This document shows, in pieces, positions 56,630-64,000 of a DNA stretch of 64,000 nucleotides. This DNA comes from Eledone cirrhosa. Its lineage: Eukaryota. The stretch spans positions 14,198,001-14,262,000 of the forward strand of contig OZ024751.1 in assembly GCA_964016885.1 (NCBI GenBank). Reading direction: 5' to 3'. Each line of letters starts with the position of its first letter. Within the stretch, counting starts at the first letter, position 1. The notes below the pieces were generated by a model. The model was given only the letters and a program-made list of their open reading frames with translations, had not been told where the DNA came from and made no database searches. The position numbers and the translations under genes are program-made.

Positions 56630-56959
56630 CATATATACTTACATATATGAGTTTATGTATGTGTGTATACATATATATATACACATATATGTGTTTATGT
56701 ATGTGTGTGTATATATATATATATATACTTATGTATGTGTGTGTGTGTATATATATATACTTACATATATGTGTTTATGTATGTGTGTGTGTATATATAT
56801 ATATATATACTTACATATGTGTTTATGTATGTGTGTATATATATATATACTTACATATATGTGTTTATGTATGTGTGTGTATATATATATATATATACTT
56901 ACATATATGTGTTTATGTATGTGTGTGTATATATATACTTACATATATGTGTTTATGTA

Positions 56960-57016
<57 letters not shown>

Positions 57017-57189
57017 TTACATATGTGTTTATGTATCTATATATATATATATATACTTACATATGTGTTTATGTATGTGTATATATATATATATACTTAT
57101 GTGTTTATGTATGTGTATATATATATACTTACATATGTGTTTATGTATGTATGTATATATATATATATATACTTATGTGTTTATGTATG

Positions 57190-57225
<36 letters not shown>
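56630..57225. repeat. TACTTACATATGTGTTTATGTATGTG-(TA)n minisatellite (resumes at 60035-60130)
   Basis: Seen directly. Confidence 0.85.
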
Positions 57226-57237
<12 letters not shown>

Positions 57238-57277
57238 TATGAGTATTAATAAAATAGATGTTCTTTTGATCAATTAC

Positions 57278-57330
57278 ATTTTATTATACATATTTCGGAT
57301 GCACAACAGTACGTCCTCATCAGACAAAAT
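57278..57330 (-). ncRNA. Minimal hammerhead ribozyme
   Basis: TTTC at 57293, TCATCAG at 57317; same family as 37565. Confidence 0.7.
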
Positions 57331-57977
57331 ATAATGATACATGACATACCTTGGCAAATAAATCCTACTAATTCCCACTCTCTGTTTTTCTTAATTGCAA
57401 CTGAAGCTCCCAAAATGGATTTAAAAAAAAAGGGACCTCTCCACCAAACCCAAGAGTTTTCTTCTAGAATAAGTAGAACATGCTGCAAGGTGTCAAACTT
57501 CTGAACACATCAAGCATGAATGCATGTATATATATATATATATATATGTAAATATGATAATAATGGAGCTGCGGCGTTGCAAATGGGTTACATATAAAAA
57601 AGGGGGGGAGTCCTTCGTCAGTGACCCTCCAACCGTCCCAGGCATTTCATCGCTTTAAGGGCCATATGCCTCAGGTTGGTGCGAACAACGGCTAAAAAAA
57701 GTCGTTGGGACACGTAAATAAAGAGAACGTTAGGGTGAACAAACAAAATGGTTTAAGCAACAGAAAGTGAGAGGAAAGAGACAAGTCCCAGATTTCTATG
57801 AATATAAACTCGATAAAATCGTGAACTACTAGAGAATAAAGACCATCAGACCTGGTTGAAATGTGAGTAAGGAAGGAATTTATATAGATATATATATATA
57901 TATATAAGAACAAAAGATGGTTAAAAGAGTTCCATGTATTTTATTATGCGCATTATACTACAATAAAACTCACCTCC

Positions 57978-58049
<72 letters not shown>

Positions 58050-58348
58050 GGGTTTTAAATATACTTACTGCACTATAAAATCTAAATTTTGAGACGGATT
58101 CAAACTTTTATATAAATGTGAATTTTTCGCTGTACTTTCGATCTCTTATTTATTTATTTATTTATAATATAATGTATTATAATATATATGTAGTTATATA
58201 TTGTATTTTATATATTTTTAAATATTTTTAAATAAACCTACCATACTTCTATATATATGATTCAAATATAGAGAAAATATGCAAACTAAAAATTATTATA
58301 GACATTATTTTGAACTCTATATTATACATGCACGCATTGTTTGTTTTT

Positions 58349-58399
<51 letters not shown>

Positions 58400-59325
58400 T
58401 TAAATGTAACATGTTGATAAAAGTATAACCGTTATCATTTACCTAAAGTATACTACACTAATAATACCTAATATATATCTATATATATACATCCCTATAT
58501 CTAATAATATGTTGATATCTTGGTTTAAGAATAATTAGTACATTTACACCCAGTTATACTTATGTATATATTTATGCTTAACATATTTTATTTTTATCTT
58601 CGTCGGTATTATTTACCTTACGGGGTCGATAAAATAAAATACCAGTAATGTACTGGGTATTGATGGCCTTGTGCCTAAAGTAGAAACAATTATTTACCTT
58701 AAACATACTGGCTCATTAATATATACCTATATACATAATAGTTATTTAAATATTTATAACAATAAGTACTTCAAAAGCTTTACATACCTAATATGTTGGT
58801 ATATTTGTAAAAGTTTAGATTTAGGTAATTAATCAACAGTATAATATTTCATTCTTTATGTGCCACCTAAATCCTTTAAATGTTATTCTCACAATTCAGA
58901 AGTTTAGAAATGATAACACACTTATCGAATTTATATAAATAAAATAACTAGCAAATAATCCTGAAATCTGGAGTCTTCACCTTAATATTATAAATTAAAT
59001 ATTTTCAAATTTAACCGTTTAACTTTTGAAAAAAAACCCCACACTTTATTTTTCCCTCCTTATAAATCTTTTTCCAGTGGCTATCACTGGCTGTTATGAT
59101 TCATGAGATGTTTCCCTAGATATATTGTAGTATCATACACTTTAAAATTTTAGAACACTTACAGTATGCAATGTTTTTTCTTACTCACACATTCTCTAAT
59201 GAATTTATTACGTTTTCGCACTTTCACATAGATATTATATATAAGTAAAATTCTTCTATCGGGTAATCACTACCTTGATTAAATCTTAACCATTTAACAT
59301 ATCAGGGTATGTCATGTATCATTAT

Positions 59326-59378
59326 ATTTTGTCTGATGAGGACGTACTGTTGTACATCCGAAATATGTATAATAAAAT
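59326..59378 (+). ncRNA. Minimal hammerhead ribozyme
   Basis: AUUUUGU-CUGAUGA-GGAcGUAC-uguu-GUACaUCC-GAAA-UAUGUA-UA^AUAAAAU. Confidence 0.75.
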
Positions 59379-59594
59379 GTAATTGATCAAAAGGACATCT
59401 ATTTTATTAATATTTATATTTTAATATATATATATATATATTAACGAGGTTATAGTAATAAATATTCGCCATAAAGCCGTTTGCTCAAAATTAACTAAAT
59501 GAGATATAGTTTGAACGTGTGACGAGTAAAGCCTGTCTCAGAGTGCTAACAACGTATATACTCGTAATGTGACATTTGTACACACACACACACC

Positions 59595-59775
59595 ATCATC
59601 ATCACCGTTTTACGTCCGTTCTTCCACGCTAGCATGGATTAGACGGGTTGTCCTGTTGTGGGCAGTGTCTGGTCGGCTGACCATGCCTTGCTCATACAGG
59701 AACTGATTTGGCTTGATTTCTACAGCTGGATGCCCTTCCTAACACCAACCTCATTTACAGTGAGTGCTGGATGCA
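59595..59775 (-). mobile_element. SINE 3' portion (AGGAAGGGCATCCAGCTGTAGAAA family)
   Basis: Inverted copy of 63645-63780; (ATG)n tail. Confidence 0.7.
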
Positions 59776-60359
59776 GAAGTTATATTTAATTTGTTGGGAT
59801 TCCAACAAACTTAAAAGTTTATAACTGATATAGAGTACTCAACGATACATCCTCATTGTACATCTGAAATATGTATAATAAAATGTAATTGATCAAAAGA
59901 ACATCTATTTTATTAATACTCATATTTTAATATTAATAACTCCTGAAAATTATTTTTCCGTTGAGTTCTTCCAATCTACTGTAAAACTCATTCTTTGACA
60001 TAATCATCGAATATTGTTTAACAACTTAATATATATATATACTTATGTGTTTATGTATATATATATATACTTATGTGTTTATGTATATATATATATACTT
60101 ATGTGTTTATGTATGTATGTGTATATATGTACACATGCATACATATATGTGTGTATGTATATATTATACATATATATGTATGTGTGTGTATTTATTCCAA
60201 TAAAACATTCATTTTATGTCAGTTTGATGTGAGAGACTACCCCCCTCACCCACCCACCCCTCTCACTCTCTCTCTTAGCTCATCTGATTTTAAATTGTTG
60301 TTTTCTTCACAATACTGAGGTGTAACAGTGATAGGATTTTATTTACATTCTTACAGCCA

Positions 60360-61175
60360 CTAAACCACTACACCTCCATACCATGGCTACCACCACAGCC
60401 ACTACCACACCACAGCTACCACCACACCACACTATAGCCACCACCACACCTCAGCTATCACCACACCATAGCCACCACCATACCACAACCACTACACCAC
60501 CACACCAGAGCTACCACTACATCACAGCTACCACTACATCACAGCTACCACCACACCACAGCTACCACCACACCATAGCTACCACCACACCATAGCCACC
60601 ACCACACCTCAGCTACCACCACACCATAACCACCACCATATCACAGCCACTACACCACCACAGCTACCACCACACCACAGCTACCACCACCCCATAGCTA
60701 CCACCACACCAGTTACCACCACCACACCATAGCCACCACAACACCTCAGCTATCACCACACCATAGCCACCACCATACCACAGCCACTACACCACCACAC
60801 CACACCATAGCCACCACCACACCACAGCTATCACCACACCACAGCTACCACCACACCATAGCCACCACAACACCTCAGCTATCACCACACCATAGCCACC
60901 ACCATACCACAGCCACTACACCACCACACCACGCCATAGCCACCACCACACCACAGCTACCACCACACCATAGCCACCACAACACCTCAGCTATCACCAC
61001 ACCATAGCCACCACCATACCACAGCCACTACACCACCACACCAGAGCTACCACCACACCACACCATAGCCACCACCACACCTCAGCTATCACCACATCAT
61101 AGCCACCACCATATCAAAGCCACTACACCACCACACCACAGCTACCACCACACCATAGTTACCACCACACCACTG
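60360..61175. repeat. (ACC)-rich degenerate minisatellite
   Basis: Seen directly. Confidence 0.9.
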
Positions 61176-61299
61176 CCACATTTGAGAATATGAAATTTTA
61201 AACTACTATACATATCGAGTACATTTTTTTTCCTGTTTGAAAACACAAGCATGTCTTTGTATGTTTGTGTGTGGTGTGTGTGTGTTTTTATATATGTGT

Positions 61300-62200
61300 G
61301 TATGGAGGTCTCATACACCAGATATTGATGTGCGGCAGTTGGCCTGTCTTCCAAACATCAAGACTATGATCATGAAACAGTGTCTCCGGTGGTCAGGTCA
61401 CATGGAAGCCTTAAAGGACAATAGAGTCCCAGAATATATCTTATATAGAGAGCTGTTTCATGACTAACACCTGCAGTGCAAACCACACAAGCACTTAAAC
61501 CGGCCATGTCCAGCCAGAATTCTCTCACTTCTTTCTGTTCAAACCAGCTGTAACTGACCACTCATACCTACATTAAGGTATTGTTCTCAAAATAAATAAC
61601 ATCAAAATCTCATAGATTTGATATTATGTGAGATAATTATGCAAGATAAAGCCTTTACTACAAAATTACAATAGTATATATAGAGAGAGTAATGTAACTG
61701 ATAAAGGTTTACCGACTGCCTGAGAAATACCCTGAAGAAAGTCAACATCAAAACCGAAACATGGGAAAATCTTGCAACAGACAGAGTTCAGTGGCAAAAT
61801 CTGATTGCAACTGGTATTAACACATTAGCATTTAAATCAGCCATATCAAGCCGGAATTTTCTCACCTCTTTCTGTTCAAACTGGATGTAACCAACTGCTG
61901 ATACTGACATTAAGGCATTGTTTTCAAACTAAATAATATCAAAATTTCATAGATTTGATATTATGAGAGATAAAGCCTTTATGGTGAAAATATAATAGTA
62001 AATATAGAGTAATGTAAATGCAAAAGGGTTAAGGAATTTGAAGAGAAGCAAAGGGCCTATGCTGAAGTGAAGCGATCAGCTAAATATATGAGAGATGTTA
62101 AACCGCTCCCAGAACAGGGCTCAAAAGAGACTCTTACCTGTGAGGGATGATGTCAAAGGCTGGTCTACTAAGCCATAGCATATAAATAACACCTCTTAGT
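61300..62200 (+). mobile_element. RTE LINE 3' fragment interrupted by two MITEs
   Basis: LRWSGHM...DNRVPEYILYREL; WENLATDRVQW...GIK|EFEEK, with the frame restored across the TTAA insertion; SKAGLLSH. Confidence 0.75.
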
Positions 62201-62683
62201 ACCCCATATACCTTGATGTTGTATGTGGCATCTCTACCAAATTGTGTCACTCTGAAGGTGGACTAACAGCACCGAAGAGCATGCCTTGCCAATCAAACTG
62301 AACCAGGTGAGAAAATTACCTGGTATGACATGTAAGTCATTCCCTGGTCTGATAAGCCATCTAAGGTGACATCAGCAACAACAACATCAATAACACGTTT
62401 TATGCCAATGTCTGTTTTTTCTAAGTGGTTGAGTTGGCTTTCACTATGTTTGTATAAGTGGTGTGTGTGTGTTAATGCACAATGGCTTCTAATCTAGTGA
62501 CCTTTGTAGTCCAAAATAAATGAAGCACTCAATATTTGTAATAGAGTAAATATATCAATTTATACATTTATTTTATTACAACTTAGCTATGATATTTCTA
62601 TGAGCTTTGCTGAAATATCATAGCTATCTTGTAAGAAGTTTAGCACTCTCTCTCTCTCTCTCATATATATATATACATATATA

Positions 62684-63339
62684 CAGTGAATCTTCGCTTA
62701 TCCAGACGGTCAAAACCAGACAGTTAGAAAAAGATCCAGTTAAGTGAAATATCCAGATAAGTGAATTCTAAAATCCCATTGTTACATAATGCTTGTGGTT
62801 TTTAATGTTTTGGCTTCTTTTAGTCAAAATAAAAGACAAATGCTAAGTAAAGAAAGTTTATTAGAATAACAAAAGAACAGCTAGAATTTATAAGAAAATT
62901 AATTAAACAAACATAAGAATAAGTAAAAACTTGGTAAAACTGAATTGAGTCAAACCATAAAAAGTTAGTATTTTTTTTAAAATGAATAAATAGATGATTG
63001 TTTTCGCGCCGAATCTCGTCGTTCCGCTACCATTTCCACGCAACAGCTGAACTGTCAACCACCTCCCTCATGTTTATCGCACGTAAAAATGGAATCATTC
63101 CCGCGTCCCCTTTTCCGATTAAATCCCGCAGCAATTGTTTTCTGTAAATCCGCTTTAGTGTCTCCAGAACTCCCTGATCCATTGGCTAAATAAGTGACGT
63201 AACATTCGCCGGAAGAAATGCTGCCCAAATCTGTCCGTCTGCCGAAATCAAGTCCTCCTCATCCAGAGGTAGTATAGAAATAGCCGTCCGGTAAATCGAA
63301 TTTCGGAAAAGCGATATCCGGATAAGCGAAGATACACTG
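62684..63339 (-). mobile_element. Internally deleted Tigger/pogo transposon
   Basis: TIRs CAGTGAATCTTCGCTTATCC / GGATAAGCGAAGATACACTG with TA TSD; minus-strand FLPANVTSLI*PMDQGVLETLKRIYRK. Confidence 0.85.
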
Positions 63340-63449
63340 TATATAAATATTGTTATTTGGGAACGGTCATGTAATATTGCCAGAAAAATATAGTAAAACA
63401 CACTCACTGTTTGATTTGGTTTTCACTTCATTATATTTTTATATTTATG

Positions 63450-63780
63450 GAGGCACATGGCTTAGTGGTTAGAGCATTGGCCTTGCAATCGAAAGGTTGT
63501 GAGTTCAATTCTCAGACCGGGTGATGTGTTGTTTCCTTGAGCAAGGCACTTTATTTCACATTGCTCCAGTTTACTCAGCTGTAGAAATGAGATGATAGGG
63601 ACTGGGGTTCCTATCTATCCACTGCAAAGTGGTCGTGGAGGTGCCACGGCAAAAAAGCACCCAGCACTCACTGTAAATGAGGTTGGTGTTAGGAAGGGCA
63701 TCCAGCTGTAGAAATCAAGCCAGAATCAGTTCCTGTCCCACCCTTGCAAGCAGGGAAAAGCGGACGTAAAATGCTGATGA
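63450..63780 (+). mobile_element. tRNA-derived SINE (CORE-like) followed by a SINE 3' portion
   Basis: TGGCTTAGTGGTTAGAGC, GAGTTCAATTC, TTGAGCAAGGCACTTTATTTCAC. Confidence 0.8.
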
Positions 63781-64000
63781 TTTCTATAAATAATTCAGCT
63801 GGCAATCAATGTTTATCACTGACCAACAGTTAAAAAATATAAATATAGTTTCTCAGAGTTCTTTTGTAACACATATCTGTGACATCATCAATGGCGTTTC
63901 TATGTTTCTTCTCATGTTCCTATAATATTTTCTTATTCTATTTTATATAAAGTTTCATTGGGTTTAACACCAACCCCTCCTCCCCATGCATAGAGTACGT

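Overview
AT-rich eukaryotic genomic DNA packed with microsatellites. The SINE set and (TA)n/(CA)n density suggest an octopus/cephalopod genome (inference). There is a 200-N gap at 36746-36945. Only one credible host coding exon is visible: a divergent Q50 homeobox at 40261-40845 (+). The rest is repeats: simple repeats and minisatellites, tRNA-derived SINEs, RTE and L1/Tx1 LINE fragments, mariner/Tigger/hAT/TTAA-type DNA transposon relics, non-autonomous Helitrons, and decayed Penelope-like elements (PLEs; RT + GIY-YIG). The main hidden signal is RNA structure. About 20 apparently intact minimal type-I hammerhead ribozyme cores (CUGANGA-stem II-GAAA-palindromic stem III-UH, closed by stem I) from several unrelated sequence families are present. 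Most lie in 150-460 bp foldback (inverted-repeat) elements inserted in (TA)n, and many share a downstream GAGTGCT motif. Almost all long ORFs in the track are microsatellite artefacts. Everything was read by eye, so boundaries are approximate.
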